DNA of 32,000 nt from Desulfurispora thermophila DSM 16022 (GTDB taxonomy: Bacteria; Bacillota; Desulfotomaculia; Desulfotomaculales; Desulfurisporaceae), in assembly GCF_000376385.1 (NCBI RefSeq), contig NZ_AQWN01000001.1, positions 72,762 to 104,761 on the forward strand, written 5' to 3'. The notes under the pieces were generated by a model. It was not told where the DNA came from. It did not search any database and worked only from the letters and a program-made list of their open reading frames with translations. A program made the position numbers and the translations under genes. Of the stretch, positions 25,514 through 32,000 are shown piece by piece (the first letter of the stretch is position 1; each line of letters starts with the position of its first letter).

Positions 25514-26797
25514 TTACCAATCCAGCGCAAGCAAGCCGCCGGCAAAAACAAGCCGCTGCGGCGGGCTGACAATGTCCACGCCTGTATGCCGGGCCAGATC
25601 CCGGGCCAGCCTTTCCGTGACCCAGAGGTGTTCCATCTCCAGGGTGTTCTTGATGATGGCCCCCTTCAGGTTGCCGGTATCGTCCGTGGCCAGGCTTTGC
25701 AGTGCCGCCTCAATGGCTTTCCGGTCATCGGGCATGACCACGGGCAGCATGGCTCGCTGCAAGTTACCGCTGGTCAAGCAGTTGAGGTAAGTGGCCTCCC
25801 GGTCTATTTTGGCGGCCAGGCGCGCGGTGGTGATGTCGGCCAGACCAATGCCGGTGGCATTGCCGTGGGACTGCGCCGTCAGGTCCAGAACCACAATGCG
25901 TTCAATAAAGGGGTGCCGGGGTTCCGGCACTCCGGCCATTCTCATCCTGCCGATGACATTGACATCCATGCCCGTGCCGCTGATGTTTTTGCCCATTTCC
26001 CCCACCACCAGGAAATCCAGATAGTCCACCGGCAGGCGGGGCAGTAAACGATAGGCTTCTTTTAAAAGTCTCTTTTCCAGTTCAACCAAACCCTCCGGCA
26101 GTGCTGTCTCCACCATGGCGGTTTCCTCATAGCCGTTTTCCACCACGGCCAGACCGGCCACTATCTTTCCCGAGCGCAGGAAAACGTCTCCCACATCCAG
26201 GATCGCCTGTGCCATTTCCCCCGGCCTGGTACGGTGAAAGGCGGCGGCTCCCGGGGCTTTTCCCAGCCCTACGGTCATCATTTTCAAAAGGCCGCTTTCC
26301 ACCGGCCCGTGAAAGGTGGTGTGGGGTTTGACGCGGTTTACCACCAGTATACCGTCTGCCTGCCAGGCCAGGGCGTCACAATAAACCTTTCTGCCTTTGG
26401 CCGTTTGGCCTATTTCCACTGCTTCGGCCGTGGCCAGCACCGGGCAGCCCACACTGTTTTCCGTGATACCCAGAGATGTCAACACTTCTATTTGGCCTTG
26501 TTCGCTTCCTCCGCCGTGGCTTCCCATGGCAGCCAGCAAAAAAGGTTCTGCTCCGGCGGCCCGTACCGCCTGTACTACCGCGCGCAGGATAATTGCTATA
26601 TTGGCTATGCCCCGGGATCCGGCGGTGATGGCTATTCGCTGGCCCGGCTCCAACCGGGCGTTGAGGTTGATTTTTTGCAGTTTTTCACTGATCTGGCGGG
26701 GTATATCGGCAATCACCGGGCGGGGGAAGTGTTGCCTGATTTTAACAAAGAGGGGCAGGTCCATTAATGGTTCATCTCCTGGCTCATTCTTCATCAT
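25514..26797 (-). CDS. LarA-like (DUF2088) lactate-racemase-domain protein
   Basis: ~420 aa with ITAGSRGIANI, AAMGSHGGG and VKPHTTFHGPVESGLLKMMTVGLGK...AAFH, a His/Lys/His arrangement reminiscent of the LarA nickel-pincer site. AGGAGA before ATG 26764 suggests the true start is MDLPLFV. It is the last gene of the glcD/glcF-like operon. Confidence 0.65.
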   Translation of the reverse strand: MMKNEPGDEPLMDLPLFVKIRQHFPRPVIADIPRQISEKLQKINLNARLEPGQRIAITAGSRGIANIAIILRAVVQAVRAAGAEPFLLAAMGSHGGGSEQGQIEVLTSLGITENSVGCPVLATAEAVEIGQTAKGRKVYCDALAWQADGILVVNRVKPHTTFHGPVESGLLKMMTVGLGKAPGAAAFHRTRPGEMAQAILDVGDVFLRSGKIVAGLAVVENGYEETAMVETALPEGLVELEKRLLKEAYRLLPRLPVDYLDFLVVGEMGKNISGTGMDVNVIGRMRMAGVPEPRHPFIERIVVLDLTAQSHGNATGIGLADITTARLAAKIDREATYLNCLTSGNLQRAMLPVVMPDDRKAIEAALQSLATDDTGNLKGAIIKNTLEMEHLWVTERLARDLARHTGVDIVSPPQRLVFAGGLLALDW

Positions 26798-27998
26798 AAG
26801 TCATGGCTAAAAGTTCCACCGGGTGAAAAACAGGCAGCGCCAGCCCCGCCCGGGCCAGGCCGGAGGCGAGCTGCTGGCGGCAGGAAGGGCAGCCCGTGGC
26901 CACGGCCTGAGCACCGGTGGCTTTGATGTTTTCCAGCTTCTGCGCCAGTATGCGGGTGGAAATTTCGGGGTGGGTGATTCCAAAAGCGCCGGCCAGGCCA
27001 CAGCAGGTGTCGCTCCGGGTCATTTCTATCAAGGTCAGACCGGGAATGCCGGCCAGAACCTGGCGTGGTTCCCGGAAGACACCCTGTCCTCTCTTTAAAT
27101 GGCAGGGGTCGTGATAGGTTACAGTGAGGGGTATTTTACGCCGGCCGGTTTGAAAAGCGGTTTTGTGCACGAGAAAGGCGGTAATGTCCATCACCCGGCT
27201 GGCCATTTCACCGGCCGCTTTCCGCATAGCGTCTTCTGCCAGCAGGCGGCCGTACATTTTGAGCATTTCCCCGCAACTGGCACAGTCGGTGACTATAAAA
27301 TCCGCTTTCAGCCTTTGCCAGCTGGCCACATTGCGCCTGGCCAGCTCCCGGGCCGTTTTTAGATCTCCCGCTGCCAGTGCCGGCATACCACAGCAGCCCG
27401 GGTCGGCCGGGAGCACCTGTACGTTGTTTTGGGCCAGCACTTTTAACACGGCCTGACCGGTCTGGTGATTAACGTACTGGGTCAGGCAGCCCACAAAGTA
27501 AGCTGCGGTATAAGAGGGCTTTTTTATTTCTTGAGGATGAAATAAGCTTGTAAAAGGGGGGAAGCGCAATGCGGGCAGAATCTGGCCACGCAGTTTTTTT
27601 CCCAGCCCCGCTTTCTGGCAGGGCGCTGCTGCTCTGCCCAGCAGCTTTAGCCTTCTGGGGGAAGCCAGGGCACCGCGCAGTAAAATTATTTTCGCCGGGG
27701 TGGGCTTTTTTTCTCCCAGGGCTTTCGCTCTGGCCCAGAGCACCAGTTCATCCACCCTTACGCCGTTGGGACAGTGGGCTACGCAGGCCCGGCATAAAAG
27801 GCAGGCGTCCATTATTTGATTGAAACGTCGGGAGAAATTGAGCTGTCCGGCGAGTGCGGCGCCGGCCAATTGCACTCTGGCTCTGGCCACCCAGGGCTCG
27901 CTGCCCGTTTGCAGAAATACGGGACAGACCTCCCGGCAAGAACCGCATTTGCTGCAGCGGTTGATGTGATATCTTGCTTCTTCATCCCTGTGCAACAA
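26784..27998 (-). CDS. GlcF/LutA-type iron-sulfur oxidoreductase subunit (2x[4Fe-4S] + two CCG domains)
   Basis: Has CSKCGSCREVCPV and CLLCRACVAHCPNGV ferredoxin motifs and two cysteine-rich CCG motifs (DPGCCGMPA, SDTCCGLAG). A TTG start follows GGGAGGAG and is coupled to the upstream stop. Confidence 0.85.
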   Translation of the reverse strand: MLHRDEEARYHINRCSKCGSCREVCPVFLQTGSEPWVARARVQLAGAALAGQLNFSRRFNQIMDACLLCRACVAHCPNGVRVDELVLWARAKALGEKKPTPAKIILLRGALASPRRLKLLGRAAAPCQKAGLGKKLRGQILPALRFPPFTSLFHPQEIKKPSYTAAYFVGCLTQYVNHQTGQAVLKVLAQNNVQVLPADPGCCGMPALAAGDLKTARELARRNVASWQRLKADFIVTDCASCGEMLKMYGRLLAEDAMRKAAGEMASRVMDITAFLVHKTAFQTGRRKIPLTVTYHDPCHLKRGQGVFREPRQVLAGIPGLTLIEMTRSDTCCGLAGAFGITHPEISTRILAQKLENIKATGAQAVATGCPSCRQQLASGLARAGLALPVFHPVELLAMTYDEE

Positions 27999-28001
27999 CT
28001 C

Positions 28002-29381
28002 TTAACTCCTCCCGAAAACCTTGCCCGGATTCAAGATGCCCTGCGGGTCGAGGGCATCCTTTATTTTTTTCATCACGTCCACTCCCGCCGGTCCATATTC
28101 CAGTGCCAAAAATGGCGCCTTTAAAATACCAATGCCGTGTTCGCCGGAGAGGGTACCTCCCAGGGAGAGGGCTGCTTGAAAAATTTCCGCCGTGGCCGCT
28201 TCCGCGCGGGCCATCTCGTCAGAATCGCTTTTATCCACCAGCAGGTTGGGGTGCAGGTTGCCGTCCCCGGCGTGGCCAAAAATGGCGATGGTTAGCCGGT
28301 ACTTGCGGGCAATATCTTTGATCGCCCCGATTAAGGCCGGTACCTGGCTGCGGGGTACCGTGGCGTCTTCAGAAATTTTGGTGGGCTTGATTTGCACAAG
28401 CGCCGGTGAAACCGCCTTTCTGGCCCGCCACAACTCTGCGGCCTGGGCATCGTTTTGGGCCACTTTTACCCTCGCTGCGCCGCACTGGGCACAGAGAGCC
28501 GCAATGTGCCTGATCTGTTCGCCCAGAATTGCCGCCGGTCCGTCCACCTCTATGAGCAGGATGGCCTCCACATCCAGGGGGAGGCCGGTGTGGAGGTAAT
28601 TCTCCACGCACCGGATGGTTACATCATCCATTAGTTCCAGAGCCGCAGGTAATATACCGGCGCTAATTACGGCGGTAATGGCTTCCGCCGCCTGGTCGAT
28701 ATATTTGAAATCGGCGCGCAGCGTTTCCCGGCCCGCGGGCCTGGGAATCAGGCGCAAATAAGCCCGGGTAACAATGCCCAGTGTGCCCTCGGAGCCCACC
28801 AGCAGCCGGGTCAGATCGTAGCCGCTGACATTTTTGACCGTTTTGCCCCCGCACTCTATGATCTCTCCGCTGGCCAAAACCACTTCCAATCCCAGGACAT
28901 AATCCCGGGTAACACCATATTTTAACCCCCGGGGTCCGCCGGCACATTCGGCGATGTTACCACCCAGGGTGGAGACGTGGGAACTGGACGGGTCGGGTGG
29001 ATAAAAAAGGCCCATGCTTTCCACTGCCCGGTGCAGGCTGGCGGTGACCACTCCCGGTTCCACCACAGCCAGCATGTTGTTTCTATCAATTTCCAGAATG
29101 CGGTTCATGGCCGTCATGTCCAGAACAATGCTGTCTGCCTCTGGCACCGCTCCACCGCTTAAACCGGTTCCCGCTCCCCGGGGGACGATGGGGATTCTTT
29201 CCGCCGCAGCCAGCCGCACTACTGCGGCCACTTCCTGGGAGGAGGTGGGGCGTACCACCGCTACCGGGCTGCCCGTTAAAAAAGTGCCGTCGTAGGAGTA
29301 GCAATACAGGTCTTCCGGGGTGGAAAATACCTTGTCTTTCCCCAAAAGACGCTGCAAGTTTCTGGCTATTTTCTGTTTCAT
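28002..29381 (-). CDS. FAD-linked oxidase, GlcD / D-lactate dehydrogenase type
   Basis: 459 aa with FAD_binding_4 signatures (VVRPTSSQEVAAVVRLA, PIVPRGAGTGLSGGAVP) and a C-terminal FAD-oxidase domain (SGEHGIGILK). Confidence 0.88.
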   Translation of the reverse strand: MKQKIARNLQRLLGKDKVFSTPEDLYCYSYDGTFLTGSPVAVVRPTSSQEVAAVVRLAAAERIPIVPRGAGTGLSGGAVPEADSIVLDMTAMNRILEIDRNNMLAVVEPGVVTASLHRAVESMGLFYPPDPSSSHVSTLGGNIAECAGGPRGLKYGVTRDYVLGLEVVLASGEIIECGGKTVKNVSGYDLTRLLVGSEGTLGIVTRAYLRLIPRPAGRETLRADFKYIDQAAEAITAVISAGILPAALELMDDVTIRCVENYLHTGLPLDVEAILLIEVDGPAAILGEQIRHIAALCAQCGAARVKVAQNDAQAAELWRARKAVSPALVQIKPTKISEDATVPRSQVPALIGAIKDIARKYRLTIAIFGHAGDGNLHPNLLVDKSDSDEMARAEAATAEIFQAALSLGGTLSGEHGIGILKAPFLALEYGPAGVDVMKKIKDALDPQGILNPGKVFGRS

Positions 29382-29466
29382 GGATTACACCTGACTTGCA
29401 TATAGTGCCGTTGGCAGGGTTTCTTTGTACTTAATCATATAAGAGAAATAAAGAATGTTCAATAAA

Positions 29467-29490
29467 TGTAACTTTCATTGTAACTTTCAT
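29467..29490. promoter_or_regulatory. perfect tandem 12-bp direct repeat TGTAACTTTCAT x2 in the divergent glcD-like / PNPOx-like intergenic region
   Basis: Read directly from the sequence. It lies 86 nt upstream of the glcD-like start and 146 nt upstream of the PNPOx-like start. It is a candidate transcription-factor site, not proven. Confidence 0.35.
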
Positions 29491-29635
29491 TGAAATGCGG
29501 AATTGGGATTGGTGCTTGTACCAGTTCCTGCAGGCAGTATAATATTAATGGGTAATGGTAACATTATACTTGTTGTCTATCATGTTGACCTGCAAAAACT
29601 GTTGTAAATTACGAAAAAATGAGGGGGTTATATTC

Positions 29636-30037
29636 ATGGAAGAAATCCTTAAGTACCTCAAAGAGGGAGCGATTGGCGCCTTCGCCACTGTGAATGACGG
29701 TAAGCCGGATGTCAGACCCTGGCAGTTCCAGTTTGCACAGGACGGTAAGCTTTACTTTGCCACCGCCAATAATAAAGAAGTTTACCGTCAAATGCAAAAG
29801 AATCCTTACATCGCCTTTACGACCACCAATGAAGATTTCACAACGGTAAGGCTTTATGGCCAGGCGGTCTTCACCGACGATATCAGCATCAAGGAAAAGA
29901 TCATGGAGAAACAGGAAGGTATAAGAAATATCTATAAATCGGCCGACAACCCGGTTTTTGAAGCCTTTTACATCGAGCACGGCGAGGCGGTCATCTCTGA
30001 CTTTTCCGGTAATCCGCCCAGAAGGATCACTTTTTAA
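29636..30037 (+). CDS. pyridoxamine 5'-phosphate oxidase-family FMN-binding protein
   Basis: GAGGGGG precedes ATG 29636. The pattern AFATVNDGKPDVRPWQFQFAQDGKLYFATANNKEVYRQMQKNPYIAFTT is typical of the split-barrel PNPOx-like family. The ORF-track start at 29555 is an over-extension. Confidence 0.7.
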   Translation: MEEILKYLKEGAIGAFATVNDGKPDVRPWQFQFAQDGKLYFATANNKEVYRQMQKNPYIAFTTTNEDFTTVRLYGQAVFTDDISIKEKIMEKQEGIRNIYKSADNPVFEAFYIEHGEAVISDFSGNPPRRITF

Positions 30038-30089
30038 CAAATCTGAGATGCCCTGGTTAATTTGAGATAGCAAAGAGAAGGAAAATATC

Positions 30090-30584
30090 TCAACTATTTT
30101 TTGTACCTGGTCCAATAAAAATAGGGCAAGGTACTTTCTTGGCAATAGTATTCAGATTGAACCTCAGTGCATAGCATGCTGCCGGAGGGCTGGCATGGGG
30201 GCTGGGAAGAACCAGCAGAGCTGTTTTTTGGCTAACAGTGGACTCAATGATCACCTTTTCTGGCTGACCGGTTTTTATTTCAACTTCCACTAGTATGCCT
30301 GCTGCTTCTGCCTGTCTTTTGAACTCTGCCAGAACTTTCTGGGCATGGCTGTGTAAATCTTTTTCCAGCCAGCGAAAAAAAACAGTGCGGGTACTGGCAT
30401 TGCTTATCCACTCGTCTCCCAGCAGTTTCCTCCAGCCCTTGTCCAGAATAAATAATGCTCTGACCGGTAAATTCATGGTGCGGGACAAATTGATGGCAAC
30501 TTTACCAGCTTCTGCAATGGAAGGCGATCCATCGGTGATCAGCAAAATTTGCCCCCGGGGCGGGGTGTTTTTTTTGTCATACAT
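30090..30584 (-). CDS. universal-stress-protein (USP)-like domain protein
   Basis: GAGGG lies 8 nt before ATG 30584. It has the USP-like layout ILLITDGSPSIAEAGKVAINLSRTMNLPVRALFILD ... ALLVLPS ... KKVPCPIFIG. Confidence 0.6.
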   Translation of the reverse strand: MYDKKNTPPRGQILLITDGSPSIAEAGKVAINLSRTMNLPVRALFILDKGWRKLLGDEWISNASTRTVFFRWLEKDLHSHAQKVLAEFKRQAEAAGILVEVEIKTGQPEKVIIESTVSQKTALLVLPSPHASPPAACYALRFNLNTIAKKVPCPIFIGPGTKNS

Positions 30585-30650
30585 GCTGGTAACCCTCATT
30601 TACCCTCAATGTTATTTCGAGCCTGCCAATACAATATTATCATAAATAAT

Positions 30651-30688
30651 AAATGCGCAAGCGCCTTGGGCAAAGGGCTTGCGCATTT
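30651..30688 (-). terminator. hairpin terminator after the 66-aa membrane-peptide gene
   Basis: 12-bp stem AAATGCGCAAGC / GCTTGCGCATTT with an inner CCTT/AAGG pairing. T-rich sequence flanks it on both strands. Confidence 0.55.
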
Positions 30689-30695
30689 TTCATGC

Positions 30696-30896
30696 TTAAC
30701 CGTCTTCTTCTTCGGACTGCCCAAAGAATGTGTACAGTACGAAAATGCTTGCCGCAATGGGGATCAGCACCAGGGTATTATGATAGCTGTAGCAGTGTAC
30801 AATGCAATAAAACAAGGCAAAAAGCAGGAAGCAGGGAATGGTCTGATAGAAGTATGCCAGGAACTCTTTGACTGTGGGGTCGTTGGGTATTTTCAT
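30696..30896 (-). CDS. 66-aa hypothetical two-TM membrane peptide
   Basis: Has two hydrophobic stretches (IPCFLLFALFYCIVHCY and LVLIPIAASIFVLYTFF), an acidic tail SEEEDG, and a G-rich SD-like GGGGTGGGG just upstream. Confidence 0.45.
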   Translation of the reverse strand: MKIPNDPTVKEFLAYFYQTIPCFLLFALFYCIVHCYSYHNTLVLIPIAASIFVLYTFFGQSEEEDG

Positions 30897-31030
30897 TTCC
30901 CCACCCCCGGTTTCCTGCTAAATTAGGCTTGATGGTATTTTAGCATAATTCCAAATAAGGAAACAAGTGGGTTAGGGGGTGTAGTGACAAAACATATGCA
31001 AAGCTGTTCTGGTGGGGCGGGACAGACGGG

Positions 31031-31474
31031 CTATTTGATAATTAATAGCGATGTGGATAGATTGGCTAACATCTTTTCTTTGACCTTGCTGGACGTATTT
31101 CCGGGAGATTTGGGCTTGGTACCCAGGATGAGCAGGTCATAAGCACCACTTTCCAGTTCGCGGCCGATTTCCTGGGCGGGGTTTCCCTCTCGCAACTTCC
31201 ACTCAAATTGCCAATCCGATCTTTCTGCCAACTCCTGGAATTTGTTGAAGATGCTCTGTTGCTTTTCAACTGCCATATTGTAAATGTAATTAATAAATTG
31301 CTCCTTTGTAATAGCACTGGCCAGTTGATCGACGTAACCGTAATGGGTCAGGCTGGTTTCGGAAACATGTAATATTGTGACGCCGGGTCTGATTAATTCC
31401 AACAGCTCGGATATTTTCTGCCAATATCCTTCACTTTCTTCGCCGTGCACAGCGATTAAAATATTTTTATACAT
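31031..31474 (-). CDS. universal stress protein (UspA family)
   Basis: 147 aa with YKNILIAVHGEE at the N-terminus, YDLLILGTKPKS...SKV...L..STSLLIIK at the C-terminus, and GGGAGGAAA upstream. Confidence 0.75.
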   Translation of the reverse strand: MYKNILIAVHGEESEGYWQKISELLELIRPGVTILHVSETSLTHYGYVDQLASAITKEQFINYIYNMAVEKQQSIFNKFQELAERSDWQFEWKLREGNPAQEIGRELESGAYDLLILGTKPKSPGNTSSKVKEKMLANLSTSLLIIK

Positions 31475-31502
31475 AAAAATTTCCTCCCGTATTTAACGGC
31501 CT

Positions 31503-31547
31503 CCACAAAATTATTTCAGGGTAAGGCTTTGTTTAGACCTTACCCTG
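31503..31547 (-). terminator. intrinsic terminator after the 41-aa ORF / transporter gene
   Basis: Perfect 10-bp stem CAGGGTAAGG / CCTTACCCTG (31517-31547), followed on the minus strand by AAATAATTTTGTGG. Confidence 0.55.
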
Positions 31548-31578
31548 ACAGCAAAACCAGTTTATCCTTTCAGCGTGC

Positions 31579-31704
31579 TTAGGCCAGGACCTTGGCCAGA
31601 GCCAGCAAAATCAACCCCAGAGTAATGACCATATAGTCCTGTTTTCTGACCTTGCGGTCGGCTGCTCTTTGCTCTTCTGCAGCGGAGCTCGATTTTTCAC
31701 TCAT
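31579..31704 (-). CDS. 41-aa hypothetical tail-anchored membrane peptide (below the ORF-track length cut-off)
   Basis: My own translation is MSEKSSSAAEEQRAADRKVRKQDYMVITLGLILLALAKVLA. GGGAGGTG lies 7 nt upstream of the ATG, and the ORF starts 43 nt after the transporter stop. Confidence 0.5.
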   Translation of the reverse strand: MSEKSSSAAEEQRAADRKVRKQDYMVITLGLILLALAKVLA

Positions 31705-31747
31705 GGACAGACACCTCCCGAAATTTGTTCATTTAGAAACCGAACCA

Positions 31748-32000
31748 TTACAGGGGAAGGACGAACTTCACTACCAGCAGGGCAAAGGCTGCCTTGACAA
31801 AACCGACGATAAAGCCGAGTACGATACCGTCTTTACCGGCGGCTTTCATGTCGGAGAACTTTGTGGTCAGGCCGATGCTGGCAAAGCCCAGGGTAAAGGC
31901 CCAGGTCATAAAGGTATTGGCCATTTTGACCTCTTCTTTGCTGAACAGGCCGGCCGTGTTTGCCAGCACAGCAACCAAGAAGGCAATGATAAACACAGGG
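31748..32000 (-). CDS. C-terminal end of a polytopic membrane transporter (possibly YeiH/UPF0324-like), 5' end outside the window
   Basis: The frame is open to the right window edge. It has hydrophobic helices plus FASIGLTTKFSDMKAAGKDGIVLGFIVGFVKAAFALLVV. The family assignment is tentative. Confidence 0.4.
   Translation of the reverse strand, partial: PVFIIAFLVAVLANTAGLFSKEEVKMANTFMTWAFTLGFASIGLTTKFSDMKAAGKDGIVLGFIVGFVKAAFALLVVKFVLPL

Noticed and set aside
25505-26810. Plus-strand ORFs (180, 177, 137 aa) over the larA-like gene
   Set aside because: They are shadow frames of a GC-rich gene. They are Gly/Arg/Ala/His-rich with no recognisable motif or RBS.

Overview
This 32-kb window looks like a moderately GC-rich Gram-positive-type genome, with strong GGAGG-type Shine-Dalgarno sites and Uma2, Rpn and IS66 content. 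A Desulfotomaculum/Peptococcaceae-like Firmicute is only my guess. There are three blocks. (i) 1-9.6 kb holds the 3' part of ackA, a Cache/HAMP methyl-accepting chemotaxis protein, an ACR3 arsenite pump, a Uma2 nuclease, a small polytopic membrane protein, an acyl-CoA ligase and rlmD/rumA. (ii) ~9.63-24.7 kb is a defence/mobile island, visibly AT-richer in its left part. It encodes XRE-HTH -> classic AAA+ ATPase -> 842-aa cytoplasmic S8 (subtilase) protease -> type I R-M hsdM-hsdS-hsdR, all co-directional, with no terminator that I can see between them. These are followed by two ParE/RelE-type toxin-antitoxin pairs, an Rpn-family PD-(D/E)xK nuclease, a 54-bp IS66 IR-only mini element, a decayed IS66 copy and a degenerate second Uma2 gene. 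(iii) 24.8-32 kb holds a YfcE-type phosphodiesterase, a glcD-like/glcF-like/larA-like lactate-utilisation operon, a PNPOx-family protein, two USP genes interleaved with tiny membrane-peptide ORFs, and the 3' end of a membrane transporter. The best candidate for a poorly understood system is the HTH/AAA+/S8-protease cassette, which resembles the IetAS antiphage pair and appears transcriptionally fused to the type I R-M operon. Also notable is a 45-bp 'terminator hairpin + extended -10' module present three times. Patchily conserved leader sequence downstream of it ties together rlmD and both Uma2 genes, and two IS66-type ends abut Uma2-type leader sequence. No rRNA, tRNA or CRISPR array was recognised.
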